Positions 53,569 to 63,884 of a DNA stretch of 64,000 bases are shown here, one piece after another. The translations under genes were made by a program, and so were the position numbers. The DNA is from Ilumatobacteraceae bacterium (GTDB lineage Bacteria > Actinomycetota > Acidimicrobiia > Acidimicrobiales > Ilumatobacteraceae). Location of the stretch: the NCBI GenBank assembly GCA_963707515.1, contig CAVPQI010000002.1, positions 280,643 to 344,642 on the forward strand, in the 5' to 3' direction. Numbering within the stretch: position 1 is the stretch's first letter; each line of letters opens with the position of its first letter. Below the pieces are notes generated by a model that was not told the origin of the DNA, searched no databases, and worked only from the letters and a program-made list of their open reading frames with translations.

Positions 53569-54869
53569 CGTGCAGCCAACTTCGGGGCGGCCGAGCGTCG
53601 GGCGATGTCGCGGACGACTTGGTCGAGGCTGCCCGGCCCCTGCCACGTGATCACGGGGATGCCGGCGGCGCGGACGTGACGCAGCTCGCGCCGTCGTTCG
53701 AGCAGCCGGATCCGCCACGCCATCGCGGTGTGCGGATCATCGTCGACGGTGACGTCGGGCGGCAGCGTGTCGACGACGATCACCGGCAGCCCGGCGCGAC
53801 CGAGTGCCACGGCATGGTCGAGTGCCGAGGTGGCGATCAGCGGAGAGAGCATCACCGTCAGCTGACCTCCGGTGGCGAGCCGCGGGTCGCGCGGCGGCAT
53901 CCGTCCCGACGCATTGCTGCGTTCGAAGGTCGGCAGCTGGGCGAGGCGCTCGACGATCCGGCGGAACTGTCGGCGGCCGGTCGCCGGTGGCACGACCAAC
54001 GGGAACGGCGTGCCGAAGATCCGCAATGAGACCCGTTCGCCGCGCATCGTGAAGTGTTCGGCGATCGCACCGGCGGCCCGGACGCCGAGGTCGAGGCTCG
54101 ATGCCCGCCCGTCGATGCCGTCGCTGGCGCCGAAGTCGTCGTTGGCGTCGAGCAGCAGGGCCAGGTGGACGTCGAGGTCGGCCCACGTGGCGTTGACCAG
54201 CAGCTCACCGGAGCGCTGCGACCGTGGCCAGTTGATGCGCCGCATGCGGTCGCCCGGTTGGTAACGACGGATGGAGGCGAACTCGTTGCCCTCGCCGGCG
54301 CGGGTGCTGCGGTGCTGGCCGACCAGCCCGTTGCTCGGACGGCTCGGCGCGTCGGCGTCGAATGGTGACGGCAGTGGCAGCGTCGTCAACGGATGGCGTC
54401 GGGTCTCGTCGGTCCAACGGAACGCCGCCCACGGCGTGACGACGACGACGCGCGCCGGCTCCACGGAGCGCATCCCCCAGCGGGTCGAGCGGACCGCCAC
54501 ATCGAGCGTCGCCCGGCCGTCCGTGCAGGCGACCGCCACGGTGCCCGACTCCGGGCGCCGGTCGAGCCAGGCGGCGCCGCCGAGCACAGCGACGGCGAGG
54601 TCGGCCTCGGGCCCGGCGTCGACCGCGCCGTGCCAGGTGGTCCCGTCACCCTCGCGGAGGGTCGATCGACCGAGCGACGACTCGACCAGCGGTGTCCGTT
54701 GTGGCCGCGACCACAGCGACCAGGCGGCGACGACAGCGAACGGGGTGGCGATGACGATGGCGTCCGGGCGACGGAACAGCACGGCGACCGCCGCCAGGAT
54801 CGCCGCTGCGGCAGCCGCCCGGAAGAGTGCCGGGGTCGGCCTCCACGGGGATCGAGCGACGCCGTTCAA
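53565..54869 (-). CDS. DUF58 domain protein (vWA-like partner of MoxR ATPases)
   Basis: GEGNEFASIRRYQPGDRMRRINWPRS and LLLDANDDFG are typical DUF58 segments. Two N-terminal TM helices. Confidence 0.85.
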   Translation of the reverse strand: MNGVARSPWRPTPALFRAAAAAAILAAVAVLFRRPDAIVIATPFAVVAAWSLWSRPQRTPLVESSLGRSTLREGDGTTWHGAVDAGPEADLAVAVLGGAAWLDRRPESGTVAVACTDGRATLDVAVRSTRWGMRSVEPARVVVVTPWAAFRWTDETRRHPLTTLPLPSPFDADAPSRPSNGLVGQHRSTRAGEGNEFASIRRYQPGDRMRRINWPRSQRSGELLVNATWADLDVHLALLLDANDDFGASDGIDGRASSLDLGVRAAGAIAEHFTMRGERVSLRIFGTPFPLVVPPATGRRQFRRIVERLAQLPTFERSNASGRMPPRDPRLATGGQLTVMLSPLIATSALDHAVALGRAGLPVIVVDTLPPDVTVDDDPHTAMAWRIRLLERRRELRHVRAAGIPVITWQGPGSLDQVVRDIARRSAAPKLAAR

Positions 54870-54905
54870 CGGCGGCTCCTGCTCGGTGTCGTCATCGGCG
54901 GTCGG

Positions 54906-55895
<990 letters not shown>

Positions 55896-56130
55896 GGTCG
55901 CCAGGTCGAGCGTCGGGTCGACGGACGGTGGATGCGCCGGTTCGTGCTCCCGTTGATGTTCCGGTAGATGTGCCGTGTGGGGTGCCGCTTGGGGTGCCGC
56001 TGGGGTGCCGCGTGACCGGTGAGTCGTTGCGCCGGCTGGTCCGTGGCGGTCGCGTCGGTGGCGCGGTGTTCGCGGGCGGTGATGTCGGCGCTGTCGGGGG
56101 TGATGTCGGGTTCCATGTGTCTCCGGAGGG

Positions 56131-56652
56131 TCAGAGCCGTTCGATGAGCGTGACGATGTGATCGAGATCGCGTGATTTGGTGAGGCGGCGGGCGAGTGCC
56201 GGGTCGTCGACGAATGCGGTCAGCGTTGGACCCATGACGGCGGCCGCCCGCTCGGGTTCGCGCTGGCGGTCGATGTCGTGGGCGGCGAGGAGCTGGTCGT
56301 CGACGAGATCGACGAGGGCCGTCCGCAGCCGGTCGGTGGCGGCGTCGTCGGGGCGGCCGTAGGCGATGCCGTTGCGCAGCGTCATCAGGCGGTGGTCGAC
56401 TCGGGCGGTCGGTGGCGGGGCGGTCGACGGTGCGACACCGGCGGTCGGCACGGCGCGGTCGCCGAGGTCGGCGAGGAACCAGATGCCCGTTCCCGCGAGC
56501 AGGCCGAGCGGGGCGAGGAGGATGGGGTCGGGGGACATGCCAGCGGCGGCCATCGCCACGATGATCGCGGCGGTGACACCGGCGATACCGGCCGTCACCG
56601 TCACCGTCGGTGTGCGATGGCGACGCATGGTGGTCGTGCCACGAGCGCTCAT
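56131..56652 (-). CDS. membrane-anchored hypothetical protein in the MoxR cluster
   Basis: 173-aa ORF with two N-terminal hydrophobic segments. ATG 56652 overlaps the stop of a mini-ORF. Confidence 0.5.
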   Translation of the reverse strand: MSARGTTTMRRHRTPTVTVTAGIAGVTAAIIVAMAAAGMSPDPILLAPLGLLAGTGIWFLADLGDRAVPTAGVAPSTAPPPTARVDHRLMTLRNGIAYGRPDDAATDRLRTALVDLVDDQLLAAHDIDRQREPERAAAVMGPTLTAFVDDPALARRLTKSRDLDHIVTLIERL

Positions 56653-56804
56653 CGATTCGCCCCCCTCGTCGATCCGGTGGCCGGTCCGGCGGCCGGTGCA
56701 TCGGCCGGTGCGTCGGTCGAGCCGGCGGTCATCGGTTCGCCCCCCGTCGTCGATCCGCTCTCGTCGGTCCGCCGGTCATCGGTTCGCCTCCGTCGTCGAT
56801 CCGG
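56649..56804. repeat. three dispersed copies of a 29-bp stop/RBS/start junction TCATCG(A/G)TTCGCC(C/T)CC...GTCGTCGATCCG
   Basis: Copies begin at 56649, 56729 and 56776. On the minus strand each provides GG(A/G)GG-N7-ATGA, i.e. RBS, start and the preceding stop. Confidence 0.75.
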
Positions 56805-57570
56805 TCTTTGGTCCGGCGGTCGATGCGGTGGCGGCGGCGGCGGCGGACGATGGGTCGCTGGAGGCCGCTGTCCGCTGGCGGAGGCCGTCGTGCACGGCGT
56901 CGAGCGCGGCGATGGCCGCATCGCGTCGGATCTCGCCGAGCTCGTGATCGGAGAACCGCGCCTCGCGATAGAGGGCGGCGAGCTCGGTCAGGGCTCGCTG
57001 GTCGACCAACGACTCGGCGAGCACGCGCTCGACCAGCTCGGTGGAGGTGTCGGCCGGACGCCGGCGGAACCCGGCGTCGTCGACGGCTCCCTCGAGGCGC
57101 ATCCAGCACTCGACGATGGCGTTGCGCGGCGATCCGCTCCGCAGCGCTGCCCGCTGCCGCTCGGCATCGGCGGCGACGGCGGCGGCGATGTCGGGAACGG
57201 TCTCGAAGTCGGGCACACGGGCCCGGCGCCGCCAACGGAGGGTGGGGCGGCTGCGCCAGGCGGCGCGCAGGACGACGGCGGCGGCGATGAGGCAGCAGGC
57301 GATGACGAAGAGCCGGATCGCCGTCGATACCCACGCCGGCATGTCGACCGAGTCGGGCATCGCCGTCTCATTCTCGATCTCGGCTCGCTCCGGTTCTGCC
57401 TCGACGGGTGGCGGCGGATCGACGTCGGTGGCGAAATCCGGTGGCCGCTGGGCGTACCGCACGGGACCGGCGGTCGCCGCGAGGGCGAACAGGGTGAGGA
57501 TCGTGATGCCGAGCAGGACCGCCACGACCGTCCCGCGGCGCCCCGCCGCCGTGCCCGACGAGCGTTCCAC
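56776..57570 (-). CDS. DUF4129 domain protein
   Basis: N-terminal TM, second TM, then NAIVECWMRLEGAVDDAGFRRRPADTSTELVERVL...LYREARFSDHE, which is typical of DUF4129. Confidence 0.8.
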   Translation of the reverse strand: MERSSGTAAGRRGTVVAVLLGITILTLFALAATAGPVRYAQRPPDFATDVDPPPPVEAEPERAEIENETAMPDSVDMPAWVSTAIRLFVIACCLIAAAVVLRAAWRSRPTLRWRRRARVPDFETVPDIAAAVAADAERQRAALRSGSPRNAIVECWMRLEGAVDDAGFRRRPADTSTELVERVLAESLVDQRALTELAALYREARFSDHELGEIRRDAAIAALDAVHDGLRQRTAASSDPSSAAAAATASTAGPKTGSTTEANR

Positions 57571-57862
57571 CCGCGCAGGCTAGCCGTGCGCCGCCGAGCG
57601 ATCCCTGGCAGGCGCCCCGATCCGTCGGGCGCCCGGCCCGTGAGGTCGCCCCGGTACCTGTCAGCTCGCTCCGTGGGTGGTCCGGTCGCTGGCAGGTAGT
57701 CGGGCCGTCGACGGCCCGGACCGTTGGGCAACTCGGGCCATGGGAGGGTCCCGTCCGTGAGGTCGCCCTGGTGCCGATGGTCAGGTCGGGCCGTGGGGTG
57801 GCCCGAGCTGTGGGGGCACGGTGCCCCATGATCGATCGTTGTGGTCACGGGCCGCGCCGCAC

Positions 57863-59161
57863 TCAGGCGGCCCGCCGGTTGGGTGGGCCGGTGGTCATGA
57901 TGGTGCCGTCGGGGAGGGTGAGGGTGAGTTCTCGGTTGGGTCCGAGGGTGAGGGTCCAGCCGTCGTGGTGGACGTTGGTGTGGTGGCCGGTGCACAACGG
58001 CGCCAAATTCGAGAGATCGGTCGTGCCGCCGTGGCGCCACCAGGTGATGTGGTGGAGTTTGCAGCGGTCGTAGGGGACACGGCAGCCGGGCACGGTGCAG
58101 GTGGAGTAGAGGGCTCGGAGTGCTCGTCGTTGGGCTGTGTTGGCGAGTCGGGTGGTGCGTCCGAGGTCGAGTTCGCCGGGTGCGTGGAGCACGATGCCGT
58201 TGCGGGCGATGATGGTGTGCACGTTGGCGTCGGGTTCGTTCATCATCTGGCGCAGGATGCGGAGTGGGATGTCGACGGGGATCGGCCAGGTGACGTCCCA
58301 GTCCGGCTCGTCGGACGTCGTGCCGAGGGCGCCGGTGGCGCCCTCGGTCTTCGTGTCGCCGGTGCAGTTCATGTCACCGGCGGTGTTCGTGTCGGCGGTG
58401 GTGTCGATGACGACGACGAACTCGGGTCGCCCCGCTCGTGGTGCGGGTGCGTCGCCGGTGATCAGTCGGGCAAGGGCAAGCGCACGGAGGTGCTTGTTGC
58501 GTTCGATCGGATCGGTCGGTGCGGTGGCGGGGACGGTGTCGGCGAACACGGTGTCGACGGTGTGATCCAACCGGGTGGCGAGGGTGACCCCGGTGAGCGG
58601 ATCGAACCGTCCACGCAGGTTCCACATGCCTTCACCGTCGACCCACGTCGACACGCTGGTCGCACGCTTCTGACGCGCCAACCGGCCGATGCCGTCGTGG
58701 CGTTGGATCTGTTTGGCGACGTCGGTGACGCGTCGACGCCATTGGTCGACGGTGGTGTTGGCAGCGAACATCGACAGCCGGTCGCAGTGTTCGATCAGTA
58801 CGTCGCGTTGGTTGGCGTCGAGGCCGGCAGCGGCGCGGGTGACGGTGTCGATGTGTCCGGCGGTGATCGTGCCGTTGTCGAGGGCGGAGGCGAGGTCGGG
58901 GGCGGCGTCGAGGGTCGTGGAGCGGTCGCGGGTCTTGCCGGCGTTGGACAGTGAGTCCTTGGTCGATTCGGCGATCACGGCGACGGGGAACGACACGATG
59001 TCGCTGAGCCGGCGGGTGGCGTCGGCTTCGACAGCCGACAACCAGCCACGCAGTGCCGTCACATCGGCCAGCAGCATTGCCAGCCCGGTGCGGTCGGCAT
59101 GGGGATCGACGCGAGTGGCGGCGATCCGCTGCACCCGCTCGATCACGACCCCCGTGTCCAT
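57863..59161 (-). CDS. HNH endonuclease with DUF222 N-terminal domain (13E12-repeat-like family)
   Basis: C-terminal CTVPGCRVPYDRCKLHHITWWRHGGTTDLSNLAPLCTGHHTNVHHDGW (HNH). The N-terminal helical region is typical of DUF222. Confidence 0.85.
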   Translation of the reverse strand: MDTGVVIERVQRIAATRVDPHADRTGLAMLLADVTALRGWLSAVEADATRRLSDIVSFPVAVIAESTKDSLSNAGKTRDRSTTLDAAPDLASALDNGTITAGHIDTVTRAAAGLDANQRDVLIEHCDRLSMFAANTTVDQWRRRVTDVAKQIQRHDGIGRLARQKRATSVSTWVDGEGMWNLRGRFDPLTGVTLATRLDHTVDTVFADTVPATAPTDPIERNKHLRALALARLITGDAPAPRAGRPEFVVVIDTTADTNTAGDMNCTGDTKTEGATGALGTTSDEPDWDVTWPIPVDIPLRILRQMMNEPDANVHTIIARNGIVLHAPGELDLGRTTRLANTAQRRALRALYSTCTVPGCRVPYDRCKLHHITWWRHGGTTDLSNLAPLCTGHHTNVHHDGWTLTLGPNRELTLTLPDGTIMTTGPPNRRAA

Positions 59162-59476
59162 ACCCCCATCATGACCAAGGGGTGTCACAGGGTTGGCGGG
59201 GTCGCCAGCCGCGCAGCGAGAACGTTGTCGGTGTCGGCGCAGCGAGCTTGTCGCTCTTGCGGCGGCCGGTCGGATGGTAGGCGCGGTTAACATCGGAGGC
59301 ATCGACGCCCGCAAGATCGAACCCCAAGGGCACCTGTGCCGGCCTGGCAGCCGATGCCTGCGAGGCACAAGGACGGGTCGTTGTGGTCGTCGGTGCGGAT
59401 TCGGGCGGTGCCAGGTTCGCTCCCGCGAGGTGAGCTCAACGCCTGGTGGACATGGGCAGCGACGAAAGGACCCCCA

Positions 59477-60266
59477 ATGCACGGAGAAGTGATCGAGAAG
59501 ATCCAGCTCACACCGACGATGGTCCGCGTGGTGCTCGGCGGTGACGGGCTCGACGGCTACACGCCGGCCACCTCCACCGACCAGTACGTCAACGCCCTCT
59601 TCGTGCCCGACGGTGCGCCGTACTCGGCGCCGTTCGATGAGGCGGCCGCCTACGCCGGGCCGGCGGAGTACCGCCCCCGCGGCCGCCGCTACACGGTCCG
59701 CTCGTGGGACCCCGACCGACAGCACCTGGTGATCGACTTCGTCGTGCACGGCTCCGCTGGGTACGCCGGTCGCTGGGCGAATGGGGCCCAGCCGGGCGAC
59801 GTCTTGCAGTTCGTCGGCCCGCACGGGGCGTACGCGCCCGATGCCGATGCCGACTGGCACCTGTTCGTCGGCGACGAGAGCGCGCTCCCGGCGATCGCCG
59901 CCTCACTCGAGGTCGTTCGCCCGGGCATTCCCGTCGTCGCCGTGATCGTCGTCGACGGCCCCGCCAACGAGCAGCTGCTCGACTCGCCGGGTGAACTGAC
60001 CGTGCGCTGGGTCCATCGTGCCGGTGGCGATCACGCCCAGCAGGTGGTCGACGCGGTTGCCGGCATCTCGTTCCTGCCGGGCAAATTCGATGTGTTCGTC
60101 CACGGCGAAGCACGCGAGATCCGGGCGGTGCGCAAGTACCTCGTCGCCGAGCACGGCGTCGAGCGTCGTGGCGCGTCGATCTCGCCGTACTGGCGGCGCG
60201 GCGACACCGACGAGGCCTGGCGCGGCGAACAAGGCCGCCTTCGTCGCCGAGATGGATCACGACTGA
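59477..60266 (+). pseudogene. siderophore-interacting (FAD-binding 9 / SIP) protein with a +1 frameshift near 60224
   Basis: In frame up to SPYWRRGDTDEAWR. The expected C-terminus ANKAAFVAEMDHD-stop (60225-60266) is in the next frame. The uncorrected ORF runs on to 60445 as an Arg/Pro-rich tail. Length is 790 nt = 3n+1. Confidence 0.75.
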
Positions 60267-60360
60267 GCACGACGCCCCGACCGGCGCCGTCGGGCGGCGG
60301 CGAAACGGGGGCGGCGACGTGCGCTGGTGTTCCACCAGACACCCGGGCGGGCGACACCCC

Positions 60361-61366
60361 TCAGACGGCGGCGATGGCGGCGGCGAACCGCCGCTGCAGG
60401 GCGTCGACGAGCCCCGGTGGAAGTCGGGTGGCGAGGTCACCCTGATCGAAGTAGCCCGCCCGGGCGCCCAGCGCCTGGGCCCATCCGTGCACGAGGTGCA
60501 CCGGCCGCCACAGCGCCAGCCGAGCCGGGTCGCACGGCAGCATCTGGTCGTACGCCCGGCGGAAGGTGCGTGACATCGCCGGTCCGACCGCACCGAGCAG
60601 CGCCCGTTCAGCGCGTCGGGACGTCGCGACGGCGGCCAGCTCGAGGAGCAGCGTCGGTGCGTGCCACGTCTCCGTGGCGGTCTCCGATGCCCGCATCGGA
60701 CCAGTCGATGACCGACGCCACGTCGCCGTCGACGAGGACGTTCATCGGGTGGAAGTCACCGTGGCACACGACGGGCGGCGCATCGCGCAGCCGCGGGACG
60801 AGCTGCTCGACCTGCTCGACGGCGCGCCTCAGGTCGGCGTCGTCGAGCTCATCGGCGAGCTTCCGGGGCAGCCCCAGTCGCCGGTCGACGAGGTCGCCGG
60901 CAGCGGGGAAGCCTGCGGTCGGCAGTTGGTGCAGCTGGGCGAGCAGATCGGCGAGCTGATGCATCCGCCGGCTCGCTGTCCACGGCCGGCGCTTCATGGC
61001 CTCGGCCATCACGAGCCCGGGCGCACGCACCATCACCTGAGCCGGCAGCGGCGCGATCACACCCGGTTCGAAGACCTCCAGCACCCGCGGCACCGCATAT
61101 CCCTGGTCGGCGAGCCACCCCTGGAAGGCAGCCTCGCGATGGGCGTCGTCGAGCCCGTCGAGGCGCGGCTTGACCCGCATGACGAGTGGTTGTTGCCAGA
61201 TGATGGGCAGGGAGGGCCCCACGAACTGGACGTAGTGGATCGCGCTGTCGAACCCGGCGCCGTTGGAGGTCGGTGCGCCGAGGACGCTGACGGGCTCACC
61301 GAGTCGTTCGGTGAGCCACACCGCCAGCGCGGTGGCGACGTCGTCCGGTGTGGTCGTCGAGTTCAT
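60361..61366 (-). pseudogene. aminoglycoside/choline-kinase-like phosphotransferase (APH family) with a +1 frameshift near 60655
   Basis: VVCHGDFHPMNVLVDGDVASVIDWSDAGIGD is in the frame of 60608-61366. The continuation TLLLELAAVATSRR...VHLVHGWAQALG is in the frame of 60361-60696. Length is 1006 nt = 3n+1. Confidence 0.75.
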
Positions 61367-61421
61367 GCCGTGTGGTCGTGCGTTGCCATCAGTTCGTCCT
61401 CGATTCGCCGTCGATCCGCCG

Positions 61422-61638
61422 TCACTCCGACGTCGTCTTGTAGCTCAGTCGCAGCTTGGTGCGAAAGGCGATGATCGTGCCGTCCTCGATCAGCACGTCC
61501 ATCTCGACGACCTCGGCGACGCGCAGGTCGGTGTACACCTTGCTGGCCTCGCCGACGGCGTTCGCGCGCCGCCTCCTCCCACGACTCGCTGCTCGAGCCG
61601 ATCAGCTCGACCACCCGGTAGACGCTTGATGCGTTCAC
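61422..61638 (-). pseudogene. dodecin family protein with a +1 frameshift near 61563
   Basis: (V)NASSVYRVVELIGSSSESWEEAAR, then in the next frame NAVGEASKVYTDLRVAEVVEMDVLIEDGTIIAFRTKLRLSYKTTSE-stop. Length is 217 nt = 3n+1. GTG 61638 overlaps the PlsC stop. Confidence 0.7.
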
Positions 61639-62624
61639 GATCTTCCCCCTCGTGTGACGTCGGGACGGTCGCCGTCGGCGGCCTCCCCAGCGGACATGGT
61701 CGGCAGCAGGTCGGCGCGGAACCGCGTCGACAGCGCCAGCTCGGTCTCGAACGACAGCTCACCGGACGGCAGCACGCGGCAGCGCAACTCGCACACGCCG
61801 GCGACGCGGGCATCGTCGTAGCGCCCGCACCCGTCGTCGACCGCCCGTTCGGCGGCGTGGCGCCAGCTGAGTCCGGCGGCCCCGTGGCGGGTCACCCGGT
61901 ACACGCTCTCGCTGCCGCCACGGATCAGGGGTGGACGCGTCGACCCGAAGTCCGCTGAACGGGGCTGTCCGGTCATCGCCGCAATCGACGCCATCACGTC
62001 GTCGAGCAGCTGCTGGCGGCGCTTGCGGCTCCCGCCGTGCCGATAGTCCTTCGGGTCGATCGGTTCACCGAACCGCACCGTGACCGGGCCGTGGAACGGC
62101 CGTGGAACCGACGAGCCGATCGGCTGGACGCGCTCGGTGCCGGTCAACCCGACCGGGATGATCGGCGCCCCGGTGAGCACCGCCAGGTGGGCGACGCCGG
62201 TGTGGCCGCGGTGCAGCAACCCGTCGCGCGACCGGGTGCCTTCCGGGTAGATGCCGACGAGCTGGCCGTCCCTGAGCAGCTCCGCAGCGGTCTGCAATGC
62301 CGCCATCGACGCCTTCTTGACGTCGCGTTTGATCGGCACCATCCCCAGCGCCGGGAACAGGTACTTCGTCGTGGCGCGGTCCATGTACTCCGACTTGCCG
62401 AGGAAGGTGACGGGCCGCGGCGTCATCGCCATCAGCAGCGGCGAGTCGAAGAACGATCGATGGTTCGGACTGATGATCGCCGGGCCGTCGGTCGGCACGT
62501 GCTCGAGGCCCGAGACGCCGGCGCGGAACAGGAGGCGCATCCACGGGCGGGCGACGGCCCGCGCCGGGCCGGCGAGCGTACCGACGCGGGGGTCGTCGGC
62601 GGGCCCGAGCCAACGCTCGACCAT
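61635..62624 (-). CDS. 1-acyl-sn-glycerol-3-phosphate acyltransferase (PlsC-like) with C-terminal dodecin-like domain
   Basis: HX4D motif NHRSFFD and YPEGTRS. The C-terminal SVYRVTRHGAAGLSWRHAAERAVDD...RVAGVCELRCRVLPSGELSFETELALSTRF parallels the adjacent dodecin. ATG 62732 is an alternative start. Confidence 0.75.
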   Translation of the reverse strand: MVERWLGPADDPRVGTLAGPARAVARPWMRLLFRAGVSGLEHVPTDGPAIISPNHRSFFDSPLLMAMTPRPVTFLGKSEYMDRATTKYLFPALGMVPIKRDVKKASMAALQTAAELLRDGQLVGIYPEGTRSRDGLLHRGHTGVAHLAVLTGAPIIPVGLTGTERVQPIGSSVPRPFHGPVTVRFGEPIDPKDYRHGGSRKRRQQLLDDVMASIAAMTGQPRSADFGSTRPPLIRGGSESVYRVTRHGAAGLSWRHAAERAVDDGCGRYDDARVAGVCELRCRVLPSGELSFETELALSTRFRADLLPTMSAGEAADGDRPDVTRGGRS

Positions 62625-62730
62625 GCGTCGGGGGAGTGACCCCGGTACGTGGGCGGCGGTCGCAGCGTCGATGCCCGCGAGTGTTCCACGTCGGCTCGTC
62701 GCCGTTCGACGCGTTCGGCGATCATGGGAC

Positions 62731-63870
62731 ATGACCGACCTTGCTGCTGACGTCCCGTCGACCTGCCTCGAGCTCCGTTCGACGCTCACCGACGACGGCG
62801 TCGTCACGCTCGCCCTCCACGAAGCCGAGGTCCCGGCCCCCGGCGACGACCAGGTCGTCGTGCGCGTCGAGGCGGCCCCGATCAACCCGTCCGATCTCGG
62901 GATGCTGTTCGCCGGCGGCGACCTCCGGTTGGCCGAGCCGAGCGGTAGCGACGAGCTGCCGGGTGTCTCGGTCCCGGCACCGATCGCCGGCCAGGCCGGC
63001 CGGCTCGGCCGGGCGATGCCCACCGGCAACGAGGGCGGCGGCACCGTGGTTGCCGCCGGGAGCTCGGCGGCCGCCCAGGCGCTGCTCGGCAAGGTCGTCG
63101 GCTTCCTCTCCGGCAACGCCTACGGTCAGTTCCGCACGCTGCACGTCAGCCAGTGCCTGCCGATGGCCGACGGCACCGATCCCGCCGACGCTGCAGCGGC
63201 GTTCGTCAACCCGTTGACCGCCCTCGGGATGGTCGAGACGATGCGCCTCGAAGGGCACACCGCGCTCGTCCACACCGTCGGTGTCTCCAACCTCGGCCTG
63301 ATGCTCAACCGCATCTGCCTCGACGACGGTGTGCCGCTCGTCAACATCGTGCGCAAGCCCGAGCACGTCACGCAGCTCCTCGACCTCGGCGCCCTCCACG
63401 TCGTCGATTCGAGCAGCGACTCGTTCCTCGACGACCTCACCGATGCCCTGCGGGCCACGGGTGCGACGATCGCCTTCGACGCCATCGGCGGTGGTGAGCT
63501 GGTCGGCACGTTGCTGACGTGCATGGAGAAGGTCGCCAGCGAGCAGGCCGGCGAGTTCAGCCGCTACGGCTCGAACACGCACAAGCAGGTCTACATCTAC
63601 GGCGGGCTCGATCGCCAGCCGACCATCCTGCGACGTAACTTCGGCATGTCGTGGGGGATCGGTGGCTGGCTGCTGACGCCGTTCCTCCAGCGGGTCGGGG
63701 CCGAGGCCGCCGACCTGCTTCGTCAGCGGGTCGCCGACGAGATCACGACGACGTTCGCCAGCACCTACGGCACGCGGCTCTCACTGCGCGACGCCGTCGA
63801 CCCCGACCAGGTCCGCCGCTACGGCAAGATGGCCACGGGCGACAAGGCGCTCGTCTGCCCCCAGACCTGA
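62731..63870 (+). CDS. medium-chain dehydrogenase/reductase (quinone-oxidoreductase-like, zinc-independent type)
   Basis: VVVRVEAAPINPSD and NPLTALGMV, plus a Rossmann region ALVHTVGVSNLG; 379 aa. Confidence 0.7.
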   Translation: MTDLAADVPSTCLELRSTLTDDGVVTLALHEAEVPAPGDDQVVVRVEAAPINPSDLGMLFAGGDLRLAEPSGSDELPGVSVPAPIAGQAGRLGRAMPTGNEGGGTVVAAGSSAAAQALLGKVVGFLSGNAYGQFRTLHVSQCLPMADGTDPADAAAAFVNPLTALGMVETMRLEGHTALVHTVGVSNLGLMLNRICLDDGVPLVNIVRKPEHVTQLLDLGALHVVDSSSDSFLDDLTDALRATGATIAFDAIGGGELVGTLLTCMEKVASEQAGEFSRYGSNTHKQVYIYGGLDRQPTILRRNFGMSWGIGGWLLTPFLQRVGAEAADLLRQRVADEITTTFASTYGTRLSLRDAVDPDQVRRYGKMATGDKALVCPQT

Positions 63871-63884
63871 CCGACGCAGCCACA

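Noticed and set aside
59589-60593. 334-aa Arg-rich minus-strand ORF
   Set aside because: It is antisense to the SIP gene and overlaps the APH gene out of frame; the translation is about 30% Arg.
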